A DNA stretch of 62,235 nucleotides from Candidatus Nomurabacteria bacterium (GCA_052035405.1 JBPOHQ010000005.1:1-62235); one strand, 5' to 3'; numbered from the stretch's first letter, positions 34,231 through 43,964 are shown. A program made the numbers and translations. The notes: generated by a model from the sequence alone, not told the origin.

Positions 34231-35361
34231 ATGATATATATGAGAAAGTTTACAGGCATAGTATATAGAAATATTATTAAGAAAATCCTTTTCCTCTTTC
34301 CTGCGGATACCGTACACGCATTCTTTTTAGACATGGGAAGATGGATTGGGAAAAGTATCTTTTTCAAAAAAATACTCCGCACGATGTGGAAGTATGAAAA
34401 TACCTCTTTAGAACAGACCGTTCTCGGACTTCATTTCAAAAATCCTGTGGGGTTGTCTGCAGGTTTTGACTACAACGCAGATCTCATCGATGTCGTCCCA
34501 GACATGGGTTTTGGATTCAGTACCATAGGCACACTCACACATGAACCCTACGCAGGCAACCCTGCCCCCATGCTCGGCAGACTACCGAAGTCTCGATCAC
34601 TTTTAGTAAACAAAGGATTTAAAAATGAAAGTATACATACAGTCCTTGCACATGTATCCGCACGAAACGGAAAAGCCATTCGTGGAGTGAGTATTGGCGT
34701 CACAAACAAAGCATATGAATCATACGAAGAAATGATGGATAATCTCATCGTAGGATTTCAAGAAGCAGAAAGATTTGATACTTTTGATTTTTATGAACTC
34801 AATATCAGTTGCCCTAATTTACGCAATATCAAACACCTCACCGAACAACTTGCTTCAAAAGAAGGTCTCCATGAAGCACTCACTCGCCTCGCAGCACTCA
34901 AGATACAACGACCAATTTTTATCAAAATGCCTTTAGAAAAAAGCCTCACTGATATGGGCTTGCTCATTGAGAGTATTGTCCCGTTCCCTTTCATTCAAGG
35001 ACTTATCTTCTCAAACCTAGTCAAAGACCGGACCAATAAAGCATTTGATAAAAATGAAATAGCTCACGCAGGTACAGGAAATTTTAGCGGTAAACCTGTC
35101 GAAGAAAAATCAAATGAACTCCTTCAATTCGCGTACAAAAAATACAATCAACGATTTATTTTGATTGGCACCGGAGGTGTCTTCAGTGCAGCAGATGCAT
35201 ACAAGAAAATCACGAGTGGTGCATCACTCATACAGATGATCACGGGCATGATTTACCAAGGACCACAAGTCATCGGTGAGATCAATCAAGGTGTAGCCGC
35301 ATTATTAAAAAAAGATGGATACACACATATCACACAAGCGATTGGACGGGATGTGTTATAA
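34231..35361 (+). CDS. pyrD: dihydroorotate dehydrogenase, class-2-type architecture but Cys in the catalytic-base motif (NISCPN)
   Basis: 376 aa. The N-terminal extension resembles class-2 enzymes. Contains FKNPVGLSAGFD, NKGFKN, ELNISCPN and GTGGVFSAADAYKKITSGASLIQ. Confidence 0.9.
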   Translation: MIYMRKFTGIVYRNIIKKILFLFPADTVHAFFLDMGRWIGKSIFFKKILRTMWKYENTSLEQTVLGLHFKNPVGLSAGFDYNADLIDVVPDMGFGFSTIGTLTHEPYAGNPAPMLGRLPKSRSLLVNKGFKNESIHTVLAHVSARNGKAIRGVSIGVTNKAYESYEEMMDNLIVGFQEAERFDTFDFYELNISCPNLRNIKHLTEQLASKEGLHEALTRLAALKIQRPIFIKMPLEKSLTDMGLLIESIVPFPFIQGLIFSNLVKDRTNKAFDKNEIAHAGTGNFSGKPVEEKSNELLQFAYKKYNQRFILIGTGGVFSAADAYKKITSGASLIQMITGMIYQGPQVIGEINQGVAALLKKDGYTHITQAIGRDVL

Positions 35362-35370
35362 ATAAGATAT

Positions 35371-35790
35371 ATGAAAAAAGTAATAACCAAAATAAGCGAC
35401 GAAATACAAAAATACAATAAAGCTTTACTGAAAACCGACAGAGAGATTTGTGACATATTAGCTGAGGAAATAAATACTAATCTGAAAGATGCAGAAAATA
35501 AACTGTGGCACGGTCACCCTGTGTGGTTTCTAAATGGCAATCCAGTGGCAGGATATAGCAAACTAAAAGGTAACGTTCGACTCCTCTTTTGGAGTGGGCA
35601 ATCTTTTGATGAAAAAGATTTAATAAAAGAAGGTAGCTTTAAAGCAGCTGAAGCAAGATACACTGAAGATTCACAGATAAACAAAAAAGACCTCAAACGT
35701 TGGCTCAAGAAAGCTCAAGACATCCAATGGGACTATAAAAATATAGTTAAGATGAAAGGAGTATTGAAAAGGATTACTGTGGTAAAATAA
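35371..35790 (+). CDS. DUF1801 domain protein
   Basis: 139 aa with LWHGHPVWFLNGNPVAGYSKLKGNVRLLFWSG. Confidence 0.7.
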   Translation: MKKVITKISDEIQKYNKALLKTDREICDILAEEINTNLKDAENKLWHGHPVWFLNGNPVAGYSKLKGNVRLLFWSGQSFDEKDLIKEGSFKAAEARYTEDSQINKKDLKRWLKKAQDIQWDYKNIVKMKGVLKRITVVK

Positions 35791-35817
35791 ATATATTAAT
35801 CGTAACCAAATAAAATT

Positions 35818-36375
35818 ATGTCAAAAACAATCATAGCGTCTATAGTAGTTTTAGGAGTCGCAGTAGGTGGATATTTTGCTTTCAACTCAAAAATAGGAGC
35901 ACCGGAAAATGCCCAACTAGCAAATAACGAGATCAAAACTGATGACAGTACAAACGAGACACCAGAACAACCAGCTGGGAAAAAGATGGCGTTCAGTCAA
36001 TTTATCAAGCAAGACTTTGGACCTTACAAATGTGAAGTGAAGCAAGCATTTAGTGATATGGAAAATAACGGAACTGTATACCTAAATGCAGGAAACATCC
36101 GAGGAGATTTTAGCACTATAGCCGAAGGACGTAAGATGGATTCTTCATTTATTATGAAAGATGGCTACACATACAATTGGTCTTCTTTTGCACCAACGAT
36201 GGGTGTAAAAGTAAAAGTGAACACAACAACAAACGGGGACACCAACACGCAAACTTCAGGCACATACTCTTGGAATGCAGAACAAATTGGAGAATACAAT
36301 TGTGAAGTTTGGACCGTTGATGAAAGTAAATTTACACTCCCTTCTACAGTCACTTTCACTGAGATAAAATCTTAA
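35818..36375 (+). CDS. membrane-anchored/secreted hypothetical protein
   Basis: 185 aa with N-terminal hydrophobic helix IIASIVVLGVAVGGYFAF. Confidence 0.75.
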   Translation: MSKTIIASIVVLGVAVGGYFAFNSKIGAPENAQLANNEIKTDDSTNETPEQPAGKKMAFSQFIKQDFGPYKCEVKQAFSDMENNGTVYLNAGNIRGDFSTIAEGRKMDSSFIMKDGYTYNWSSFAPTMGVKVKVNTTTNGDTNTQTSGTYSWNAEQIGEYNCEVWTVDESKFTLPSTVTFTEIKS

Positions 36376-36383
36376 AAAAGTAC

Positions 36384-36761
36384 ATGAAAAAAGTAATTAA
36401 ATACCTCTGTGCTGGAAGTCTAGCTACTGGAGTAAACCTAGGTCTACTTTTTGTCTGCGTAGAATATTTTCATCTTTGGTATTTATCCGCTGCGGTGTTG
36501 TCTTTTACTTTTGGAGCTATCACGAGCTTCTTGCTCCAAAAATTCTGGGTATTTGAAAATGATTCTCTAGAGAAAGCACACACTCAGCTCTTTGGGTTCA
36601 TGTTTTTTGCAATGCTCATGCTTGCAGTGAACACCTTTCTCTTGTACCTTTTTGTAGAAAAATTACACGTCTGGTATCTCCTTTCCCAAGCACTCACGTC
36701 ACTCATAATCGCGTTCCTTAATTATACGTGCTTTAACTTAGTTATATTTAAAAATAAATAA
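36384..36761 (+). CDS. GtrA family membrane protein
   Basis: 125 aa with 4 TM helices and KYLCAGSLATGVNLGLLFVCVEY, typical of the GtrA family. Confidence 0.8.
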   Translation: MKKVIKYLCAGSLATGVNLGLLFVCVEYFHLWYLSAAVLSFTFGAITSFLLQKFWVFENDSLEKAHTQLFGFMFFAMLMLAVNTFLLYLFVEKLHVWYLLSQALTSLIIAFLNYTCFNLVIFKNK

Positions 36762-36794
36762 TCCGAAACGTTAGTTTTGTGATATGCTTGACGT

Positions 36795-37427
36795 ATGTGT
36801 TTTTCAGCACCAGCAAGTTTTGCGGCAAGTGGAGCCCTCGGAATTATCGGAGGGTCTTCTTTAAGAGTTGCTCAACCCAAAGAAAAACTACTCGCTCTAT
36901 TCCCTCTCATTTTTGGTGTACAACAAGCTCTCGAAGGTATCCAGTGGTTGTATTTAAAAAATGGACACACCTCTTTATTTGCTGGGTATGGTTTTTTATT
37001 TTTCGCATATGCTTTCTGGCCAATCTATGTTCCTCTAGCTATATATGTCTTTGATAAGGCTCGAAGAAAATTTCTCCTATGGCCGATGATTCTCGGTGGT
37101 ATCGTATCGGGATTTTTTATAACACTACTTTTTACAAATACTCTAATCATAACCCAAGTCGGGCACAGCATCTCCTACGATCTGCACGCACCCTTGAAAG
37201 GATACATCATCGTAGCGTACCTCTTGGCTGTTTTTGTACCGCTTTTATCTTCAAGCAATAAATTCCTGCGATGGTTCGGAGGAATAAATATACTCCTTGC
37301 GGTTATGGCTGGAACTTTTCACATAGTAACTTTTGCTTCTGTGTGGTGTTTCTTTGCAGCTATTTCAAGTACCATATTTTTTATATATTTAAAGTATCGT
37401 CCTGTCTTTAGAAGTATTCTCTGGTAA
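36795..37427 (+). CDS. multi-pass membrane protein (DUF6629-like?)
   Basis: 210 aa starting MCFSAPASFAASGALG, with about 6 TM helices. The family call is from memory only. Confidence 0.7.
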   Translation: MCFSAPASFAASGALGIIGGSSLRVAQPKEKLLALFPLIFGVQQALEGIQWLYLKNGHTSLFAGYGFLFFAYAFWPIYVPLAIYVFDKARRKFLLWPMILGGIVSGFFITLLFTNTLIITQVGHSISYDLHAPLKGYIIVAYLLAVFVPLLSSSNKFLRWFGGINILLAVMAGTFHIVTFASVWCFFAAISSTIFFIYLKYRPVFRSILW

Positions 37428-37435
37428 TCTCTCTG

Positions 37436-37444
37436 TGCTATAAT
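37436..37444 (+). promoter_or_regulatory. extended -10 TGcTATAAT, 6 nt upstream of ATG 37451
   Basis: TGCTATAAT at 37436-37444. Confidence 0.45.
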
Positions 37445-37450
37445 GAAGGT

Positions 37451-37777
37451 ATGGAGCATACAAACGAACACACAATACACGAAGAACACAATTCTCACGA
37501 CAGCCATGGAGATCATGGACACGGTAGCAATGAAACAAGTAAGGAAGAACTAAGACTCTCAGGAGATGATATCGTTGCATTTGTACGTAAAATATTCAAA
37601 GCTGGAAATTCTCGCCAAGTAGTTTGGAGAGATGAAGACAATAAAAAAATAGTGAAAGTAAATCTCATCCTCATGACTATCTTAGCGTTTTTATTACCAA
37701 TATTTGCATTAATAGCAATAATAATATTAATACTTATGAATCATTCAATAAGTATTGAGAAAAATAAAGTAGTATAA
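37451..37777 (+). CDS. DUF4342-like protein with His-rich N-terminus and C-terminal TM helix
   Basis: 108 aa. HTNEHTIHEEHNSHDSHGDHGHG followed by DIVAFVRKIFKAGNSRQVVWRDEDNKKIVKV. Confidence 0.65.
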   Translation: MEHTNEHTIHEEHNSHDSHGDHGHGSNETSKEELRLSGDDIVAFVRKIFKAGNSRQVVWRDEDNKKIVKVNLILMTILAFLLPIFALIAIIILILMNHSISIEKNKVV

Positions 37778-37784
37778 TTATATT

Positions 37785-38309
37785 ATGAATATGAAAAACT
37801 TATTAAAGATTTCTTCAGCATTAGCAATAATTACAGGAGTAGTGTTTATTATAGGAGGTGTCTGGGCAATATATTTTACTTATATAAATGTATCTCAAGA
37901 AAAAATTGTAACTCCAGCAGATGCAGCTATCCCAAACAAGCTCGTAAGCGGACCATTAACCCTTAAAGCACAATCTGATATCATCAGAGAACATACACTA
38001 AAAATGACCGGTGGTAAGACATATGCAGAAATGCCAAGACAAGTGGAAAAATTAGATGAAAACCAAAATGTAGTGATCGATACTGAGGGCAAACCTGTTA
38101 TGGTAAATAATACAGCTCGTGATATTTGGGTTACAGCGACAGCACTTACAACAGCACTTCATCTAGGAATAATTACTTACGCGTTTTCAGGATTTATAAT
38201 TTTGTTTGGCCTTATCTCTTTCTGGACAGGAATTACTTTTCGTATTATTTACAAAAAATACGAAAACCAATCCGAAGAGGTACTCATCAACCTAATCAAC
38301 AAAGCATAA
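37785..38309 (+). CDS. membrane protein, unknown function
   Basis: 174 aa with two terminal TM helices. TATAAT (37773-37778) ends 6 nt before the ATG. Confidence 0.7.
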   Translation: MNMKNLLKISSALAIITGVVFIIGGVWAIYFTYINVSQEKIVTPADAAIPNKLVSGPLTLKAQSDIIREHTLKMTGGKTYAEMPRQVEKLDENQNVVIDTEGKPVMVNNTARDIWVTATALTTALHLGIITYAFSGFIILFGLISFWTGITFRIIYKKYENQSEEVLINLINKA

Positions 38310-38798
38310 ATGAAAACAAGAAACACGATTATTATAACTATCGTTATTATTTTTATTTTTATAATAGTAGATGTTTTTTTACTTTCTAAAAAAGAAGCTC
38401 TTGAAGCTACAAGAAAAGACACAGCCCCAGCACAAGAAAATCTAGCAACAGACGTTGAAAAACAGGTGGTAAACACAAATGTAAATACCCCTGGTATATA
38501 TGAAATATATAGTCCAGAAAAAATTACTTGGGCAAAAGACAAAAAAGTAATCCTTTTCTTTAAAGCTTCATGGTGTCCAACCTGCCGAGCAGTAGATGCT
38601 GACATTAAAATGCACCTTGCTACCATCCCACACAATGTGGCTATTCTTGAGGTTGATTACGACACAACAAAAGAACTTAAGCAAAGGTACGGCGTTACTT
38701 ATCAACACACGTTTGTGCAAGTAGATGAAAATGGAAGAATGCTCGCAAAATGGTCAGGAAGCCCTACCTTAAATGCTCTTCTTAAAGAAATTAAGTAA
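38310..38798 (+). CDS. membrane-anchored thioredoxin family protein (WCPTC)
   Basis: 162 aa with a TM anchor, then FFKASWCPTCRAVD. Confidence 0.8.
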   Translation: MKTRNTIIITIVIIFIFIIVDVFLLSKKEALEATRKDTAPAQENLATDVEKQVVNTNVNTPGIYEIYSPEKITWAKDKKVILFFKASWCPTCRAVDADIKMHLATIPHNVAILEVDYDTTKELKQRYGVTYQHTFVQVDENGRMLAKWSGSPTLNALLKEIK

Positions 38799-38800
38799 AT

Positions 38801-40453
38801 TTATTTAATACAAGCTTTTATAAAAGCAGTAAAGAGTGGATGTGGACTCGTCGGACGAGCTAAAAATTCTGGGTGAAATTGAGTACCTAAGAAAAATGGA
38901 TGTTTTTCTTTTGGAAGCTCTGCTATTTCCATCAACGTACCGTTTGGTGATTTTCCTGAGAAAATTAAACCTTCTTGTTGGAGTTTTTCTATATACTGTG
39001 AAGAAACCTCATAACGATGTCTATGACGTTCAACTATTTCTTTCTGATCATAGGCACTTTTTGCAATAGTTTTATCAGTTAATTGTGCTGGATAACTGCC
39101 AAGTCTCATGTTTCCACCATATCTGTGATTTCTTATATTTTCTTTTTGAGACTCCATAATATCAATTACTGGATTGGTAGTTTTTGGATTTACTTCAGTT
39201 GTATTTGCATCTTTTAATCCCAGTACATTTCGAGCATATTCAATAACTATCATCTGCATACCATAACAAAGTCCAAAGTAAGGAATCTTATTCTCGCGAG
39301 CATACTTAACCACATTCAACTTCCCTTCTACTCCTCGAGAACCGAATCCTCCTGGAACTATTACACCATCATATTTTTTTAACTCTTTTAATTTGTTTGG
39401 ATCTTTTTCAAAATCAACTGCGTTAAGCCATGAGATTATCGGTTTTCTTTTTTCTGCATAACTAGAATACTTTATTGCTTCAATTACAGATAAATAAGAA
39501 TCAGAAAGTACAAAGTCTCCTGTCTCAAAGTATTTACCTATTACCGCTATTTTAACAGTCTTCTCACCGTTGTGTGCATGTTTTACAAAAGTCTTCCATT
39601 TGCTCCAAAGTTTTTCATCTGCTTTCCTTTTACCAAGTCCAAGCATAACGCATACTTTTTCTGACAAACCTTCTTTTTCAAAATTAACTGGTATGTCATA
39701 AATACTTTCCACATCCGGAGCAGAGATAATGCGAGAAGCAGCAACACTACAAGACATAGCGAGTTTTTCTTTTCTCTTTTCATCTAAATGAGTATCTGCA
39801 CGAGCAATCAAAAAATCAGGCTGAATACCAGAACCGTTAAGCATACGTACAGCAGTCTGAGTTGGCTTTGTTTTCATCTCTCCTACCTTGCTTGGTGTTG
39901 GTAAATATGACACCATAACAAAAATAACATCTTCTGGTAGCTCAAGTTTGAGCATTCGAGCAGCTTCTAGGAAAATCATATTTTGATATTCTCCAACAGT
40001 TCCTCCAACTTCAACAATAACCACGTCTGCCTTTGCTTCAAGTCCTGCTTTTTTAATTCTTCCAATTACTTCAAGCGGAATATGTGGAACAACTTCAACG
40101 CACTTGCCCTTATACTCTAAGTTCCTCTCTTTCTCAATCACGCTCTGATAAACTCGTCCTGTAGTCATATAATTAATCCGAGTTAAATCAATATCTAGAA
40201 ACCTCTCGTAGTTGCCCATATCTTGATCGGTCTCATCTCCGTCAGATAATACAAAAACCTCACCGTGTTCGGTGGGGTTCATAGTGCCTGCATCAACATT
40301 GATGTATGGGTCAATTTTTATGGCAGTGACAGTGAGACCTCTGTTCTTTAACGTTAGAGCTAAAGAAGAGGATGTTACACCCTTCCCTACTCCTGAAATA
40401 ACTCCACCTACTACAAATATATATTTGCACTGTTTCTTTTCTTTTTTTGTCAT
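38801..40453 (-). CDS. pyrG: CTP synthase
   Basis: 550 aa with KYIFVVGGVISGVGKG, a synthetase domain and a glutamine amidotransferase domain (GLCYGMQ, HRHRYEV). Confidence 0.95.
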   Translation of the reverse strand: MTKKEKKQCKYIFVVGGVISGVGKGVTSSSLALTLKNRGLTVTAIKIDPYINVDAGTMNPTEHGEVFVLSDGDETDQDMGNYERFLDIDLTRINYMTTGRVYQSVIEKERNLEYKGKCVEVVPHIPLEVIGRIKKAGLEAKADVVIVEVGGTVGEYQNMIFLEAARMLKLELPEDVIFVMVSYLPTPSKVGEMKTKPTQTAVRMLNGSGIQPDFLIARADTHLDEKRKEKLAMSCSVAASRIISAPDVESIYDIPVNFEKEGLSEKVCVMLGLGKRKADEKLWSKWKTFVKHAHNGEKTVKIAVIGKYFETGDFVLSDSYLSVIEAIKYSSYAEKRKPIISWLNAVDFEKDPNKLKELKKYDGVIVPGGFGSRGVEGKLNVVKYARENKIPYFGLCYGMQMIVIEYARNVLGLKDANTTEVNPKTTNPVIDIMESQKENIRNHRYGGNMRLGSYPAQLTDKTIAKSAYDQKEIVERHRHRYEVSSQYIEKLQQEGLIFSGKSPNGTLMEIAELPKEKHPFFLGTQFHPEFLARPTSPHPLFTAFIKACIK

Positions 40454-40455
40454 AT

Positions 40456-41373
40456 CTATTTGTTTAAATATTTTCTAATAGCAAGAGAGCTCGAGATTAC
40501 CCCCAAAAGCACACCAGACAACAATAAAATTACAAATATTTGAAATATATTGGAAATATAGTAATCATAAATATTCATACCAAGAAAACCTGTCATATTT
40601 TTACCAAACCATGCTGTAATTGGCCAAAAAATTAAAACAGTAAGTACCGTAGCGATCACTCCGTAAATAGCACCTTCTACCATAAAAGGACCTCTTACAC
40701 GCATTTTTGACGCTCCGACCAGACGCATGATCCCTATCTCTTCTTTAGAGATAAAAATAGTAAGTCTAATAGTATTAAACATAATGATAATAGAGATAGT
40801 AACAAGAAGCAGAGTTAATAAAAAACCAAGTCTCTGTGCTCCACTAATGATACCATTTAACCTATCTATGACAGATTTATTTTGATAGTAGTTTATTTTA
40901 TCTATTATATTTGCACTACCCAGAACAAGTACATTGTCAGACTTTAGAAAGTTAGCGATACTTTCATATTGAGAAACTTCTTTTGCCTTTACATTCAAAT
41001 ACGCCCCAAGTGGATTACCCTTTATTTCATCTAATGCTTGTATAGTCGGATAATCATTTTCGTGTCTCTTTCTGAAAGAGGCTAAAGCTTCGTCATCGCT
41101 TGTATAGGTAACACTTGCTACTTCTGGCAATTTCTCAATACTTGCCTTTAATGCAAGAATTTTATCTTCAGAAGCCCCTACATTGAAATAAATAGACACA
41201 TCTACTTTGTCTTTTATTTGTTGCAATGAAAAATGGAGCACTGCTTGAAGGAGTATCAACGTCGTAATCACCGCAAGTGTGATAGTTGTAACCAATACTG
41301 CAGCCCAGGAAATAATCCCATTTCTAGTAAAATTTAAAAATCCATTCTTAACAATTCGTTTTATAACACTCAT
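40456..41373 (-). CDS. ftsX: cell division permease-like protein FtsX
   Basis: 305 aa with 4 TM helices and a periplasmic loop. Lies immediately downstream of ftsE. Confidence 0.85.
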   Translation of the reverse strand: MSVIKRIVKNGFLNFTRNGIISWAAVLVTTITLAVITTLILLQAVLHFSLQQIKDKVDVSIYFNVGASEDKILALKASIEKLPEVASVTYTSDDEALASFRKRHENDYPTIQALDEIKGNPLGAYLNVKAKEVSQYESIANFLKSDNVLVLGSANIIDKINYYQNKSVIDRLNGIISGAQRLGFLLTLLLVTISIIIMFNTIRLTIFISKEEIGIMRLVGASKMRVRGPFMVEGAIYGVIATVLTVLIFWPITAWFGKNMTGFLGMNIYDYYISNIFQIFVILLLSGVLLGVISSSLAIRKYLNK

Positions 41374-41379
41374 AATTTT

Positions 41380-41388
41380 ATTATATCA
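41380..41388 (-). promoter_or_regulatory. extended -10 TGaTATAAT, 6 nt upstream of ATG 41373
   Basis: rc of 41380-41388 = TGATATAAT. It overlaps the hairpin at 41383-41411. Confidence 0.4.
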
Positions 41389-41415
41389 TATCCATCCCAT
41401 GGATATGATACTGTA

Positions 41416-42096
41416 CTAGATAATATACTTACCGTCCTTATCATCTCTCACCACTTTTCCTTTTTCCATAGTAATAACCCTCTTGCCTACTGATTCTACG
41501 ACACCTCTGTTGTGAGTCGTAAGCAAGATGGTTGTACCTAAATCATTAATTTTTTTAAGTATTTGAATGACATCATACGTACTCACTGGATCTAAGTTAC
41601 CGGTCGGTTCGTCTGCGATAATAAGTTCTGGTTGATTAATGATAGCTCGAGCGATAGCAAGTCTTTGTTTTTCTCCACCAGACATTTGATGAGGAAAATG
41701 GAAGATTTTACTTCCTAGATCTACAAGCTCCAACACATGTGGTACATCAGAGGCTATCTCTTCATTGGTCTTACCTACAGCCTCCATCGCAAAAGCAATG
41801 TTTTCATAGGCAGTCTTGTTTGGAAGTAATTTAAAGTCTTGAAAAACCACTCCGATTCTCCTCCGAAGTTTTGTCAGATCATCACTGGTTAATTTGTGTA
41901 CATTTAAAGACTCAAAAAAGACCGTACCCGACGTAGGAGTATCTTCTGCGAGAATCATTTTAATTAAAGTTGTCTTTCCAGCACCAGAATGCCCTACAAT
42001 AGACACGAACTCTCCTGCGGTTACGGTAAGCGTTACGTCATCTATACCTGTAGACTCTTTATTGTAAACTTTTGTAACATTATTGAAGTAAATCAC
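41416..42096 (-). CDS. ftsE: cell division ATP-binding protein FtsE (GTG start)
   Basis: 226 aa with Walker A GHSGAGKTT, signature MSGGEKQR and Walker B IIADEP. TGgTAAAAT ends 6 nt before the GTG. Confidence 0.9.
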   Translation of the reverse strand: MIYFNNVTKVYNKESTGIDDVTLTVTAGEFVSIVGHSGAGKTTLIKMILAEDTPTSGTVFFESLNVHKLTSDDLTKLRRRIGVVFQDFKLLPNKTAYENIAFAMEAVGKTNEEIASDVPHVLELVDLGSKIFHFPHQMSGGEKQRLAIARAIINQPELIIADEPTGNLDPVSTYDVIQILKKINDLGTTILLTTHNRGVVESVGKRVITMEKGKVVRDDKDGKYII

Positions 42097-42140
42097 CAGT
42101 CTATTTTACCACAAACAACTGGCTCAGCAAAACTGCATAC

Positions 42141-43031
42141 TTATAGTTTTTTTTCTGCCTCTATGAACAAATCAATATTCCCTTCTAATACCCCTTCGAC
42201 ATCTGCTGTTTCCACATCTGTCCGATGATCTTTTACCATTTTATATGGATGTAAGACATATGAACGAATTTGACTCCCCCACTCTATGTCCGTGCCTTTA
42301 TGTATCTTAATACTCTCTTCAAAAGTTTTCTTTTCTTCTTCTGCTTTTTTAAAAATTTTTGCACGGAGCACACTCATAGCCCTTTCTCTGTTTGCTTCTT
42401 GGTTTCGTTCTCCTGAAGCATGTACCGAAATATTTGTAGGTACATGTACTATTCGTACTGCAGTCTCCCGTTTGTTGACATTTTGTCCGCCGGGACCACC
42501 AGACTTAGCAAAATCTATTTTTAAATCCGCTTCAGGAATATTAAAATCTTTCTCATCTAACTTTCCAAATTTTGGCAATACTTCTACTAATGAAAAAGAC
42601 GTATGTCGAAGCTTTTTTGCATTAAATGGTGAAATACGGACAAGTCTATGAACCCCTCCTTCGTTTTTAAGAGCTCCGTAGGCACCCTTACCGGATATCT
42701 CGAAAGAAACATTTCTATATCCTCCATGATCGTTCTTATGCTCATGCACAAAAAAGATACCCCAGCCATTCTTTGCTGCGTATTTCATGTACATGTCTAA
42801 AAGCATAGCTGAGAAATCCTCTGCGTCATCCCCACCTGCACCCGAGACAATAGTCACAATAGCATTGCCTTTATCATATTTACCAAATCCTTCCTTCTTA
42901 TTTTTTAACTCTGCAAGTTCTTTAATGACCTGTTGAGCCTTAACCTTGTCAGACCAAAAGTCCACCTCAAGCATTGCTGCTTCAAGGCTCTCTATCTCTT
43001 TATCTAAATTACGTTCATTTTCTTTATCCAT
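42141..43031 (-). CDS. prfB: peptide chain release factor 2, short form (truncated domain 1, no programmed frameshift)
   Basis: 296 aa with the SPF tripeptide (RISPFNAKK), GGQ (SGGPGGQNVNK) and a C-terminal GWGSQIRSYVLHPY. Confidence 0.9.
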   Translation of the reverse strand: MDKENERNLDKEIESLEAAMLEVDFWSDKVKAQQVIKELAELKNKKEGFGKYDKGNAIVTIVSGAGGDDAEDFSAMLLDMYMKYAAKNGWGIFFVHEHKNDHGGYRNVSFEISGKGAYGALKNEGGVHRLVRISPFNAKKLRHTSFSLVEVLPKFGKLDEKDFNIPEADLKIDFAKSGGPGGQNVNKRETAVRIVHVPTNISVHASGERNQEANRERAMSVLRAKIFKKAEEEKKTFEESIKIHKGTDIEWGSQIRSYVLHPYKMVKDHRTDVETADVEGVLEGNIDLFIEAEKKL

Positions 43032-43080
43032 TATATATAAAACTACTCTAACAAAATTTTGCTTATTTTGCTATAATTAT

Positions 43081-43803
43081 ATGGTAATGGAAATACACAA
43101 AACAATAAATAAAGACTACATACATCATCAAAAATCCAAGGTTGCTAATGTATTAAAAGAAGTTGTTTTTGGAATGGAAGATGGCATGGTTTCAACTCTT
43201 GGATCCATAACTGGTATTGCTATTGGTAGTAGTGGAAATCAAGCCACAGTCATACTTGCTGGATCTGTAATCATAGCAGTAGAGTCTATATCAATGGGTA
43301 TAGGATCTTATCTTTCAAACAAATCTGAAGAAGAAATGGATCAAAGAAAAATAGAAGAAGAAAGAGAAGAGCTAAAAAACAATCCAAGTGAAGAAAAAGA
43401 AGAGTTATATCAGATGTATATTACTGATGGTTGGTCAGAAAATTTAGCAAAAGCAATGTCAGAAGAAGCTTCTCAAAATGAAAAGATTTTTCTAAAAGAA
43501 ATGGTTTTAAGAGAGCTAAACATACCAGGAACCCAAGAATCAGTATCCGTTAAAGGCGGTTTATACATGTTCTTTGCCTACATTATAGGTGGGTTCGTAC
43601 CTCTTTGTTCATATTTGTTGCTGCCAATAAATAAAGCTATTCCAGTGTCCATAATTACTACTCTAGTTGGACTTTTTGTTCTGGGTATGAGTACTACAAG
43701 ATTTACAAAACAACCTTTAATAAAATCAGGTATGAGAGTGCTCATCATGGGAGGCATCGCCCTTGTCGCCGGCCTCGCTGCAGGATTACTCATAGGCGAA
43801 TAA
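43081..43803 (+). CDS. VIT1/CCC1 family iron/manganese transporter
   Basis: FGMEDGMVSTLGSITGIA plus C-terminal TM helices. The start is ATG 43081 or 43087, after TGcTATAAT at 43069-43077. The longer track ORF overlaps prfB. Confidence 0.85.
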   Translation: MVMEIHKTINKDYIHHQKSKVANVLKEVVFGMEDGMVSTLGSITGIAIGSSGNQATVILAGSVIIAVESISMGIGSYLSNKSEEEMDQRKIEEEREELKNNPSEEKEELYQMYITDGWSENLAKAMSEEASQNEKIFLKEMVLRELNIPGTQESVSVKGGLYMFFAYIIGGFVPLCSYLLLPINKAIPVSIITTLVGLFVLGMSTTRFTKQPLIKSGMRVLIMGGIALVAGLAAGLLIGE

Positions 43804-43879
43804 TGGAGCCAAAGGTGAGAATCGGACTCACGACCTACCCCTTACGAAGGGGTTGCTCTACCAACTGAGCTACTTTGGC
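43804..43879 (-). tRNA. tRNA-Thr (anticodon CGU), CCA encoded
   Basis: rc folds as GCCAAAG-TA-GCTC..GAGC-A-ACCCC-TTCGTAA-GGGGT-AGGTC-GTGAG-TCCGATT-CTCAC-CTTTGGC-T-CCA. Confidence 0.9.
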
Positions 43880-43891
43880 TTAAAATTTTTG

Positions 43892-43964
43892 AGCCGTTGA
43901 TGAGGATTGAACTCATGACCTCGTCATTACCAATGACGTGCTCTACCAACTGAGCTACAACGGC
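43892..43964 (-). tRNA. tRNA-Thr (anticodon GGU)
   Basis: rc folds as GCCGTTG-TA-GCTC..GAGC-A-CGTCA-TTGGTAA-TGACG-AGGTC-ATGAG-TTCAATC-CTCAT-CAACGGC-T. Confidence 0.9.

Noticed and set aside
42946-43080. N-terminal 45 codons of the 285-aa VIT-family ORF.
   Set aside because: They overlap the prfB 5' end on the opposite strand. A TGcTATAAT box directly precedes ATG 43081/43087, where the conserved VIT sequence begins.
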